A stretch of 64,000 bases of DNA from an uncultured delta proteobacterium (lineage in GTDB: Bacteria; Myxococcota; Myxococcia; Myxococcales; Anaeromyxobacteraceae), in NCBI GenBank assembly GCA_963766715.1, contig CAVYBH010000002.1, forward strand, positions 1-64,000. Reading direction: 5' to 3'. Positions 1 to 8,713 of the stretch are shown here, in pieces. Every line of letters starts with the position of its first letter. The first letter of the stretch is position 1. The position numbers were made by a program, and so were the translations under genes. The notes beneath the pieces were generated by a model. That model made no database searches. It had not been told where the DNA came from and saw only the letters and a list, made by a program, of their open reading frames with translations.

Positions 1-1
1 C

Positions 2-628
2 GGGTTCGACTCCGACCGCTCGCACGGCGCCCTCCTGCGCTTCTACGCGGGGTTCGCCTCGCCGGTGGTGGTCGACCGGACCGAGAGCCTCGACCGCGTC
101 GCAGAGGCGGCGGCCGAGGGGCCCGACCGGCGGGTCCTCGTCGACCTCGCCGCCCAGACGCAGGAGCCGCTGGTGCGCTGGCTGGAGGAGTCGGCCTTCC
201 TCGATCTCGCGTCGGAGCTCGGCATCGAGGTCCGCTACTGGCACGTCATGGATTCCGGGCGGGACTCGGTCGACCTCCTCCGCACGCTGCTCAATCGATT
301 CGGCGACCGGATCGGCTACGTCCTCGTCCTGAACCAGCTCCGGGGCGACGACTTCTCGATCCTCGAGCGGTCCGGGGAGCGCGAGCGCGCGCTGGGGCTG
401 GGCGCCCGGATCATCACGCTGCGGCGGCTGCAGGACGCCGCCATGCGGAAGATCGACGCCGGCAGCTCCAGCTTCTGGGCGGCGGCCAACGGCGCGAACC
501 GGGAGCCGGGTGGCCTGGGCCTCATGGAGCGCCAGCGGGTGCGCGCCTGGCTGAAGCACGCCTACTCCGAGCTGGACGCGGCCGGGCTCGGCGACGGCCA
601 GCCGGGGCTTCCGGGGGTCGATCGGTAG
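2..628 (+). CDS. MobD-like / ParA-MinD-type P-loop family protein (5' partial)
   Basis: Frame open from base 2: GFDSDRSHGALLRFY...VLVDLAAQ...WHVMDSGRDSVDLL...SSSFWAAA, which resembles the 'mobilization protein MobD-like' family. The Walker A region would lie upstream of the window. Confidence 0.6.
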   Translation, partial: GFDSDRSHGALLRFYAGFASPVVVDRTESLDRVAEAAAEGPDRRVLVDLAAQTQEPLVRWLEESAFLDLASELGIEVRYWHVMDSGRDSVDLLRTLLNRFGDRIGYVLVLNQLRGDDFSILERSGERERALGLGARIITLRRLQDAAMRKIDAGSSSFWAAANGANREPGGLGLMERQRVRAWLKHAYSELDAAGLGDGQPGLPGVDR

Positions 629-637
629 CGTCCCGTC

Positions 638-958
638 TCAGGGCGGCATGCAGTCGCCCACGGTGAACTCCCGCAGGGCCACCTTGGTGCACTCGCCGCG
701 CCGGAGCAGGTCGCGTCCGTTCGCGAAGGCGTCGCACCTCTCCGGGGCGCCGGTCCGTGCGAGCTCGACGCCCGGACAGTCCTTCGGGCGCGGGCTCAGG
801 CGGCAGACGTAGCAGGCCGACTGCGCGTCGCCCTCCCGGAACACGGCCCACTGGTTCGCGCCGCGCGGAGGCGGGAGCAGCGCCTGGGCGGCCGCGACGA
901 GCGGGGCCAGGACCGCGAGCGCGACGACGAGGGTCCGGTGGAGCGGCAGTCGACGCAT
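638..958 (-). CDS. Small secreted Cys-containing hypothetical protein
   Basis: ATG at 958; signal peptide MRRLPLHRTLVVALAVLAPLVAAA; 6 Cys in the mature part. Confidence 0.55.
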   Translation of the reverse strand: MRRLPLHRTLVVALAVLAPLVAAAQALLPPPRGANQWAVFREGDAQSACYVCRLSPRPKDCPGVELARTGAPERCDAFANGRDLLRRGECTKVALREFTVGDCMPP

Positions 959-1066
959 GGCAGGGTGCCCTCGAGACCGCGGGTTTCCTTCAGGTAAGCA
1001 GAATGATCGGGGCGCGACAAGCGCGGCGGCCCGCTTCACGGAGAGAGGAATCGCCCCGTCGACCCT

Positions 1067-1088
1067 GGCGATTGCAGCTACAATCGCC
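1067..1088. promoter_or_regulatory. Perfect inverted repeat GGCGATTG-N6-CAATCGCC overlapping a TACAAT -10-like box
   Basis: Arms at 1067-1074 and 1081-1088; extra half-site AATCGCC at 1049-1055; ends 12 nt before the TTG of the radical SAM gene. Confidence 0.45.
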
Positions 1089-1100
1089 TATATTCGGCCC

Positions 1101-2630
1101 TTGCGCGTTTTCCTGGTGTACGTGAGGGACGAGGCGTATTTCCACCTCCTCCCCGCGCCGGCCGGGGACGGGGGCGCCGCCCCGCGCGTCCGCGTGATGG
1201 CCTTCCCGCCGCTGGGAATCCAGATGCTGGCCCCGGTGCTGCGCCAGGGTGGCCACACGGTGCGGATGTTCGACACCTGCCACCCGCAGATGCGCGCCGA
1301 CCACATCGCCGAGGCGGCGACGCAGGATCACCCCGACGTGATCGCGCTCTCCTTCCTGTCGGTGACGGCCTATCCGGCGCTGAAGGCGCTGGCCCGGAAG
1401 GTGAAGATCGCCAACCCCGGGATCCCCGTCATCGTGGGCGGCGCCTTCGCGTCGATCAACCCGGCCCAGATCCTCGCCGACTGCCCCTTCATCGATCACG
1501 TCGGCGTGGGGGAGGGCGAGGAGCTCATCCTCGACTACCTCGACCACCTCCGGACCGGATCGCTGGGGGAGGTGGCCGGTCTCGTCTGGCGGAACGGCGC
1601 CGAGGTGGTGAGGAACCTCCCGCGCCCGCTGCTCCGCGACCTCGACCGCTTCCCGTACGCCGACCGCACGACGCTCCCCATCGACTACATCGAGTCCCTG
1701 CCGCTCGACGTGCCGGCGGTGCTCTCGCTCGACAAGTTCTGCACGATGCAGACCTCGCGCGGCTGCCCCTACACCTGCATCTACTGCGACATCCCCTCGC
1801 TGGCGGAGGGCAAGTGGCGAAGCCGGTCGGCCGAGCACGTCCTCGGCGAGATGCAGCAGCTCTCCGACCAGGGCTACCGGTCCATCTACCTCACCGACGA
1901 CCACTTCCTCCTCAAGAAGAAGCGGATCGGCGACATCTGCAACGGCATCATCGATCGCAAGCTCCAGTTCCACTGGGGCTGCGAGGGGCGGGTCGACTCG
2001 GTGGGCGTCGAGCAGCTGCCGCTCATGGGGAAGGCCCGCTGCGACATGCTCGCCTACGGCGTCGAGTCGGGGACCCAGAAGATGCTCGACCGCCTCGGCA
2101 AGCGGCAGAAGATCGAGCAGATCGAGCACGCGGTCGCCGAGGCCAAGCGGCACGGCATCGCGCGGGTCCACGGCTTCTTCGTCATCGGCTGCCCGGGCGA
2201 GACCGCCCAGGACATCCGGGCGACCTTCGACTTCGCCGCGCGGCTCCAGCTCGACACCTTCGGGTTCAACCGGCTGGCCGTCTACCGGGGCACGCCGCTG
2301 TGGAACGAGTACGCCAGCCGCGGGATCGTCGACGACGTCCGGGACTGGGACAAGACCTTCAAGTGCTGTGACATCGATCCGGACACGGTCCCCAACGACC
2401 AGGTGAACGAGCTGCGCATGAAGGGCTACGCGTCCCTCATCCTGCGCCGCATCGTCCAGCGCCCGGTGAAGACCTGGGGCCTCCTGCGCAGCTTCAGCCG
2501 GCACATGCCGGCCCGCGACCTGTTCCGGCTCATCAGCGGGCCGTTCCGCAAGAAGGTCGCGCCGCTTCCCGATCTCCCCGCACCGATGGTGGACGCCGGC
2601 CTCAAGGTTCCGGCCCGCGTCCCGGCCTGA
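1101..2630 (+). CDS. B12-binding domain radical SAM protein
   Basis: N-terminal cobalamin-binding domain (PPLGIQMLA...VIVGGAFAS...VGVGEGEE); SRGCPYTCIYC (CxxxCxxC); YGVESG. TTG start inferred. Confidence 0.9.
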   Translation: MRVFLVYVRDEAYFHLLPAPAGDGGAAPRVRVMAFPPLGIQMLAPVLRQGGHTVRMFDTCHPQMRADHIAEAATQDHPDVIALSFLSVTAYPALKALARKVKIANPGIPVIVGGAFASINPAQILADCPFIDHVGVGEGEELILDYLDHLRTGSLGEVAGLVWRNGAEVVRNLPRPLLRDLDRFPYADRTTLPIDYIESLPLDVPAVLSLDKFCTMQTSRGCPYTCIYCDIPSLAEGKWRSRSAEHVLGEMQQLSDQGYRSIYLTDDHFLLKKKRIGDICNGIIDRKLQFHWGCEGRVDSVGVEQLPLMGKARCDMLAYGVESGTQKMLDRLGKRQKIEQIEHAVAEAKRHGIARVHGFFVIGCPGETAQDIRATFDFAARLQLDTFGFNRLAVYRGTPLWNEYASRGIVDDVRDWDKTFKCCDIDPDTVPNDQVNELRMKGYASLILRRIVQRPVKTWGLLRSFSRHMPARDLFRLISGPFRKKVAPLPDLPAPMVDAGLKVPARVPA

Positions 2631-2632
2631 GC

Positions 2633-4371
2633 TCACTTCCCCCGGTAGACGACCTCGCCGCCCACGATGGTCTGGAGCACGCGGATCGAGTCGATCCGCG
2701 CCGGTGCGATGGTGAGGAGGTCGTCGGAGAGCACGGCCATGTCGGCGAGCTTCCCCGGCTCGATGCTGCCGCGCTCCTCTTCCACGCCGAGCGAGCGGGC
2801 GCCCCAGATCGTCCACATCCGCAGCGCATCCTCCACCGAGAGCGCCTCCTCGGGCTGGATCGGGCCCACGTCGCTCATCCGCGTCACCGCCGTCTTCATG
2901 GCCAGGAACGGATCGATGGCCTGCAGGTAGACGCCCGTGGTGTCCGACGAGGCGGCGGGCATGAGCCCCTCCTTCACCATCGTCCCGTAGCGGAAGCCGG
3001 TCGACGCCCGGGGCTCCCCCAGCAGGTGGTAGGTGGCCTTGCCGAGGAAGAGGAGCCAGGAGGGCTGCGTGACCACGCGGAGCCCCAGGTCCCGCACGAT
3101 CTTCTTCTGATCCGGGGAGAGGCCCATGAACTGCCCGTAGTGCTCCATCCGCTGCAGCGTGCGGGGACGCCCCTTCGCGGCGGCCTTCCGGAAGGCCGAG
3201 AGCGCGACGTCGTAGGCGGCGTCGCAGGTGGAGTGGATGCCGGCGCCGAGCCCCGCGGCGCTGGCGCGATCGGCGAAGTCGTCGACCTGGGCCTGGGTGG
3301 AGACCTGGAGCCCGCGGCCGCCGTTCGGGACGCCGGTGGGATCGGCGTAGGGGGCGGCGCAGAGCCCGGAGCCCGCGTCCACCTCGCCGTCGACCCAGAG
3401 CTTCACGCCGCCGGTGCGGAAGAAGACGGCGGGGGCTCCGGCTGGGCATCCGGAGCTCGCCCAGGTCGCGGGGCAGCCCCACTCCGTTCGGCTCTGCGTA
3501 GACGAAGGCGACGTAGCGAACCGTCGGGCGGAACCCCGAGGCGGCGACCTTCCGGAGCACCTCGGCCTCGTCCGTCCGGAACATCCCCTCGAGCGTGGTC
3601 ACGCCGTGCGAGTTCCAGAGCGCCGGGATGTCCTTCCGGAGCCACCCGTCGATGAGCTTCGGCGTGTCGACGGCCGGGGCGTTGCCCTCGGCCTCGAACA
3701 TCTCGCCGGTCGGCTCCCCGGAGGCGTCCAGGATCACGTGGCCGCCGTGCGGAAGGGAGGGATGGGCCTTCGTGACCCCCAGCGCAGCGAGCGCCCGGGA
3801 GTTGAGGACCTCGCCGTGGGTGCCGTTCCAGAACCAGACCGGGTTGTCCGGCGCGGCCCGATCGAGCTCCGCCCGGGTGGGCAGCCGCCGCTCCTCGAAC
3901 TTGGTCTGCGACGCCGAGGCGCCGACGAGGAAGATCCATTCCCCCGGAGGGGTGGTGCGGGCCCGCTCGGCCAGGTTCGAGGCGGCCTTCGCCACCGAGG
4001 GGACGCCCGGGGCCCGCGCGTCCACCGACGTCGTGAACACCATGGTCGGCACCGGGTGGCTGTGGGAGTCGACGAGGCCGGGAACGACGGTCTTCCCCAG
4101 GAGGTTCACCATCCGCGTCGACGGACCGGCCAGCTTCCGCACCGCCTCGGTCGACCCCACCGCCACGAAGCGTCCATCCTTCACGGCCACGGCCGATGCG
4201 ATCGACCCCCGGGGGTCGAGGGTGACGAACTTCCCGTCCAGGTAGATGACGTCCGGCGCCGGAACGGGCGCCTTCGGCGGGGCGCTCCACGCGGAGCCGG
4301 CGGCGAGGAGGACGCTCGACGGCAGCGGCGACGAGCCGGAACGGGAACGGGGACGACGCGGCGCAGGTCAT
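2633..4371 (-). CDS. Exported amidohydrolase (YtcJ/Amidohydro_3 family), 2 frameshifts
   Basis: APDVIYLDGKFVTLD...GKTVVPGLVDSHSH...KLWVDG...RMEH...RGSIEPGKLADMAVLS...TIVGGEVVY, joined across frames near 4315 and 3440. Confidence 0.85.
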
Positions 4372-4565
4372 GAGCACGACAGTGCACCCTGGACGGCCGG
4401 GAGCGACACGCTCCAGAGGGGTCGCGCGGCCACCCCGTCCGGCCGCCGGCCCTGGGCCGGTCAGGGCCCCGGGCGCCTCGACAGCAACGCCGTTCCGTGA
4501 AATCTTCCCGTTCCAACGGATCGCGGCCGGCCCCGCGGAAGCACCATCCCGAAAGGAACCCCTCC

Positions 4566-4823
4566 ATGAAGCACTTCCTCCTCGCGGTCTTCCTGGTCTC
4601 GGTCGCCGGCGTCGCCTCCGCCGATCCCGCCGCGACCTTCAAGTCGAAGTGCGCCATGTGTCACGGCCCCGACGGCGCCGGCGGCGCGATGCACAAGGCC
4701 TCCATCAAGGGCACGAAGGAGGCCGCCGTCCTCGCGGCCATCAACGACGGCAAGGGCAAGATGAAGCCGGTCAAGATCGACGACGCCGCTGCGGTGGCGA
4801 AGTGGGTCTCGGGCCTCAAGTAG
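4566..4823 (+). CDS. Small monoheme class I cytochrome c
   Basis: Signal peptide, CAMCH heme motif, distal Met in GKGKMKP; AAGGA upstream. Confidence 0.9.
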   Translation: MKHFLLAVFLVSVAGVASADPAATFKSKCAMCHGPDGAGGAMHKASIKGTKEAAVLAAINDGKGKMKPVKIDDAAAVAKWVSGLK

Positions 4824-4877
4824 CGCCGGAGGCGACTGAACCCCCCGGGAGTCCCGGGGGAGGGGCGGGGGGCGGAC

Positions 4878-5156
4878 GTGGCGTCGACGATCGAGAGCTT
4901 GCGCGACGAAGGGCGGGAAGTGGAAGCCGGGACGAGGTGCGACGCCAGGCCCAGGGCTCGCGAGGCGGGAGCCCTGGAGCTGGCTCCACCTCCCGAGCCC
5001 GAGTGCGATTGCCGGGCGGCGCTTCGGCGCATCCTGGGCGCGCGGGACCGCTACCTCGCCGCGCTGGGCGACGGAGCGGCGCCGTTCCAGCTTCCGGAGG
5101 AGGACGAGTACCTCGCCTCCCTGGCGGCCGCCCGCGACCTGTTCGCGAGGGGCTGA
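4878..5156 (+). CDS. Hypothetical protein
   Basis: 92-aa ORF filling the gap between the cytochrome c and a convergent hydrolase; no recognised motif. Confidence 0.4.
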   Translation: MASTIESLRDEGREVEAGTRCDARPRAREAGALELAPPPEPECDCRAALRRILGARDRYLAALGDGAAPFQLPEEDEYLASLAAARDLFARG

Positions 5157-5163
5157 GCGCCCC

Positions 5164-6256
5164 TCAGTTCACCTTCACGGGCAGGAACGTGAAGGGCGCG
5201 GCCGGCTCGAAACGGCCCGACACGTTGCCCGAGTAGACGCGGCCACCCGCCACGGTGAGCTTCTTCACCGGCGCGCCGGCCTTCAGGTCGAGGTCGGCCA
5301 TCGACACCCAGAAGGCGCTCGGGCTCGTGGCCGAGTCGAAGGCGTAGAGGAGCCGCTTCTGATCGGCCACCACGCGCCAGAGGGTGGAGGAGATGTTGGG
5401 CTGGCCGGGGGTGGTGATGCCCAGCGGGACGCTCACGCTCCGGACGACCCCGAGGACGCTGGCGAGCGCCTGGAACTCGAAGCTCTGGTCCGGGACCGCC
5501 CCGATGTAGTTCTTGTCCGCCGCCCGGGGAATCGCACCCAGGAGGAAGGAGGCGCGCGCGAAGCGGTCGGCGGCGCGGTTGGTGCCGGGGAGGAAGACGA
5601 GGCCGCCGATGCCCTGCCAGTAGGCGTTCAGCGCGAGTTGCTGGTCGTAGCTCGGGGAGTTGGTCATCACCACGTACTGCTTGCCGTGGTGGATGACGAG
5701 CTTGCCGCCGATGTACTCGAAGATGGCCGAGTCGCCGGTGGCGTCGGAGATCGAGAGGTGGAGCTGGGCCTTCATGCCGTTCGGCAGGCTGTCCGTCACC
5801 ACCTGGAAGGGCTCCTTCCGGAGCGCCGCGACCGCCTCCGCGACCGTGGCGAAGTTGTCGAGGGCGTACTGCGCCCACAGGCTGATCGAGAGCGCGGGCT
5901 TCCCGCCCGGCGTGCCGTAGTCCGACTCGGCCAGGTAGAGGAGGTTCGCGGCGAGCCCCTTCTCGTTCATGCCGTCCGCGGTGCCCACGTCGTAGCCGCT
6001 GGCGATGACGCTTCCGTACCTCGAGGTCCACCGCGGCGCCCCCGGGCCGGTGGCGCCGTCGCGCTGCATGCCGGCGCGGGAAGACCCAGAGGTTGGTGTG
6101 CATGTCCTCCGCCCAGTCCATGGACCGGCCCGTGATCACGGTTCCGTCCGGGGCGGCGTAGAGCACGCGGGTGCAGGCCTCTCCGCGGCCGGCGGGAGAC
6201 AGGACGAGCGCGGCGGCGACGGCGGCGAGCGCGAGACGGCACGGTGCGAGCTTCAT
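5164..6256 (-). CDS. Linear amide C-N hydrolase (penicillin V acylase/choloylglycine hydrolase family), frameshift ~6072
   Basis: Signal peptide followed by Ntn nucleophile CTR, GRSMDW, DGMNEKGL, MTNSP, DRFARA. Confidence 0.9.
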
Positions 6257-6447
6257 CGGTTTTCCTCCAGGGAAGTCCCAGGTGATTACGGGTCCGCGGC
6301 GCCCGGTGCTGCGGCATGGCGGGGCGTGCGGGCTCCCACCCTTCCCCACAAACCCAATGGATACGGGCCAGAAAGAGGAAGGGCTGGCCATGGGGTGATA
6401 TCGCTCGTCATCGGCGCCAGGAACGGCGCGGTTCGGGGGGAGAAGGA

Positions 6448-6927
6448 ATGACCATGGGCGGCGTGAACATCCTCATCGTGGACGACGATCGGTTCATCCA
6501 GGCGACCGCGTCGGCGGCCCTCGAGGGCATGGGCTACCGCCTCTTCCTGGCCGACGACGTCCAGGGCGCGGTGGCGGTCCTCCGGGAGGAGCCGGTGGAC
6601 GTCGTCGTGACCGACCACGTCCTCCCCGGAGCGACCGGCCTCTCGCTGCTCTCGACGATGCGCGAGCACCTTCCCGAGCCGAGGCGGATCCTGATGACCG
6701 GTCAGGCCGACGTCGGGCTGGCGCTCGCGGCGGTGAACCAGGCCCAGGTGTTTCGCATCCTGCTGAAGCCGCTCGATCCCAGCACGCTCCGGCTGGCCGT
6801 GCTCGCCGCGGTCGACGACCTGGAGCGCGACCGGGAGACGAGGGCGATCGCGGAGCTCGTGAAGGCGAGCCAGAGCGTCGCGACGCGGGACTCCGCGCCG
6901 AGGTCTCGCGGAGTGCACGCGGCCTAG
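6448..6927 (+). CDS. Stand-alone response regulator receiver protein
   Basis: ILIVDDD...VVVTDHVLPG...MTG...KP; AAGGA upstream. Confidence 0.85.
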   Translation: MTMGGVNILIVDDDRFIQATASAALEGMGYRLFLADDVQGAVAVLREEPVDVVVTDHVLPGATGLSLLSTMREHLPEPRRILMTGQADVGLALAAVNQAQVFRILLKPLDPSTLRLAVLAAVDDLERDRETRAIAELVKASQSVATRDSAPRSRGVHAA

Positions 6928-6937
6928 GAGCGGGTTC

Positions 6938-7162
6938 TCAGCGGTCGTCGATGCCGGCGACGCGAGCGTCCGGCCTCGGCGCCTCGACCAGCGCGAACCG
7001 GCCGCACGCCGGGCACGGCGTCAGGATCTCCCCGGTGCGGGCATCGGCGCGGACGGGGCGCTCGAACGGGTGCGCCCCGGCCGGGTCGCAGTCGAGGCAG
7101 TGCGTGCGCCAGCGCCGCCGCTGGTGGAGGTAGATCACGTTCTCGTGCACGAGGAAGTCCAT
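6938..7162 (-). CDS. Small putative zinc-ribbon protein
   Basis: 74 aa with CLDC...CPAC pairs. Confidence 0.5.
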   Translation of the reverse strand: MDFLVHENVIYLHQRRRWRTHCLDCDPAGAHPFERPVRADARTGEILTPCPACGRFALVEAPRPDARVAGIDDR

Positions 7163-7263
7163 GGCGGCGATATCGATATCTGACACCGCGCGAAGCGCGA
7201 CCTGACTCGATTTGACGCGTAGCCCCCAAGAAGGTCGCGGCGGGAGCCACGTCCCCGGGGGAC

Positions 7264-7418
7264 CGGACCATCGGGGTCCCCCCTGCTCGTGGTTCACGCG
7301 CCCACGTGACAGCCGCGCAGGTGGGCGAATGGTATCCGGTGCGGACCATCGGGGTCCCCCCTGCTCGTGGCTCACGCGCCCACGTGACAGCCGCGCAGGT
7401 GGGCGAAGGTATCCGGTG
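7264..7418. repeat. Tandem direct repeat, 2 x ~78 bp, with internal inverted repeats
   Basis: Copies at 7264-7341 and 7342-7418 differ by one substitution (ggttcac/ggctcac) and a 1-nt indel (gaatgg/gaagg). Each copy carries CGCCCAC...GTGGGCG and GGGGTCCCC. Confidence 0.9.
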
Positions 7419-7422
7419 TGGG

Positions 7423-7908
7423 GTGGGGAGAGCTCGCGCATCCATCTCGTGCGGCCTGTTCGCGGCGATGCTCGCCGTGGCCGGCTGCGGAGGCTCGTCC
7501 GGCGGCGCCGAGCCGTGCCAGGGGGTCGTGGCCCGGGGCATCTGCTGGGAGGGCACGGACGGCATCTCGGTCAGCCAGGCGCGGGCCGAGCGGGTGTTCG
7601 ACGCCGCGAACGCGCTGTGGGGCGCACCTGGCCGGAGCCTGGCGGGCTGGCGCATCGAGTTCCGCCACGCCCAGCCGGTGGTCGACGGGGAGCGGTACGA
7701 CGGCTACACCTTCGGCGACGCCCACGTCATCGTCGTCGCGCCGTTCGCGCCCGACTGCTTCGAGCGGTCGGCCGTCTTCCACGAGCTGGGACACGCGTGG
7801 GGATTCGGCCACGACGATGCGCGGATGTCCGGCGAGTGGCGATTCATCCACGAGGCCATGGTCGAGTCGGGCTGGCCCGGGTGCGAGCTGGAGTCCCAGG
7901 ACGACTAG
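7423..7908 (+). CDS. Small metzincin-type zinc metalloprotease lipoprotein
   Basis: Lipobox VAGC; HELGHAWGFGH matches HExxHxxGxxH, with a Met 5 residues later. Start uncertain (GTG 7423 or ATG 7468). Confidence 0.7.
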   Translation: MGRARASISCGLFAAMLAVAGCGGSSGGAEPCQGVVARGICWEGTDGISVSQARAERVFDAANALWGAPGRSLAGWRIEFRHAQPVVDGERYDGYTFGDAHVIVVAPFAPDCFERSAVFHELGHAWGFGHDDARMSGEWRFIHEAMVESGWPGCELESQDD

Positions 7909-8672
7909 AAGGCCACGACGAGGCCGATGGTCACCGCCTTCGTCCCCCGGCTGACCACGGGAAGCCACTGGGTGTCGGGCAGGAAATACCGGGCGATGTC
8001 CAGCGCGGCGGCGCCCAGGACGGCCGCGGCGAAGACGCCGTGGGGGACCGGCGAGACGGCGTCGAGGGCGCGGAGGTCCCCCTCCGGCGGCTCGATGCCG
8101 GCCAGGTTGGCGATGCCGTAGGCCACCGAGGCGGCGGTGTTGAAGAGCAGCATTCCCTTGAGGAACGCCGCCTTTTCCTTCCGGAGGTCCGGCCGGGCGG
8201 ACAGGATGATCTCGTCGGTGATCTCCTGGCAGAGGATCCCGGAGGAGACGATCACCGCATAGCCGCGAGGCCCGGGGTAGAACGGGGTCCCGTCTCGGCG
8301 AACGCAGGTCCCGTTCCGGCAGGTCACCCCCGGCGAGACGGCGAAGAACGGGAAGAATCCCAGGAAACGCACGGGCTCGAGGGTGGGGACGTTTCCCATG
8401 GCCAGGTTGGCGAGGCCGTGACAGGCCTCGTGGACCACGAAGGCGGTCAGGAAGCCGGCCGCGGTGACCGCCACCGACCCCACCGTGACGTCGGTGAACT
8501 CCGGGATGGCGCCGGGCGGCTCCGGCCGCAGGTCCACGGCGGGAGGGGCCGGGTCGGCGGCGGGAGGGGCCGCGTCGTCGGGCCGGGCGCCCCCGCCCGG
8601 AGCCAGGAGGGCGCATGCCGCGAGCGCGGCGAGCCAGGCCGCAGGGGGCCCTCGACGGGGATGAGCGACCAC
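7905..8672 (-). CDS. Membrane protein, peptidase M50-like
   Basis: Signal peptide, HEACH within a TM helix, several hydrophobic helices, downstream PPEGD. Confidence 0.55.
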   Translation of the reverse strand: MVAHPRRGPPAAWLAALAACALLAPGGGARPDDAAPPAADPAPPAVDLRPEPPGAIPEFTDVTVGSVAVTAAGFLTAFVVHEACHGLANLAMGNVPTLEPVRFLGFFPFFAVSPGVTCRNGTCVRRDGTPFYPGPRGYAVIVSSGILCQEITDEIILSARPDLRKEKAAFLKGMLLFNTAASVAYGIANLAGIEPPEGDLRALDAVSPVPHGVFAAAVLGAAALDIARYFLPDTQWLPVVSRGTKAVTIGLVVAF

Positions 8673-8713
8673 ACTCGCGTCTACCACGAAAAGTTGCATT
8701 AGACTGCTGGGCC

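Noticed and set aside
2..628. MobD-like gene as evidence of a conjugative element
   Set aside because: No relaxase, T4SS, oriT or integrase is visible nearby, and the family name alone does not show mobility.
7264..7418. Tandem repeat as a CRISPR array, HDV-like or pistol ribozyme, or c-di-AMP riboswitch
   Set aside because: Only two abutting units, with no spacers and no cas genes. GGCGAATGG, CGTGG/CCACG and GGGGGACCC echo those RNAs, but the required P1/P2, pseudoknot partner and downstream conserved motifs are missing.
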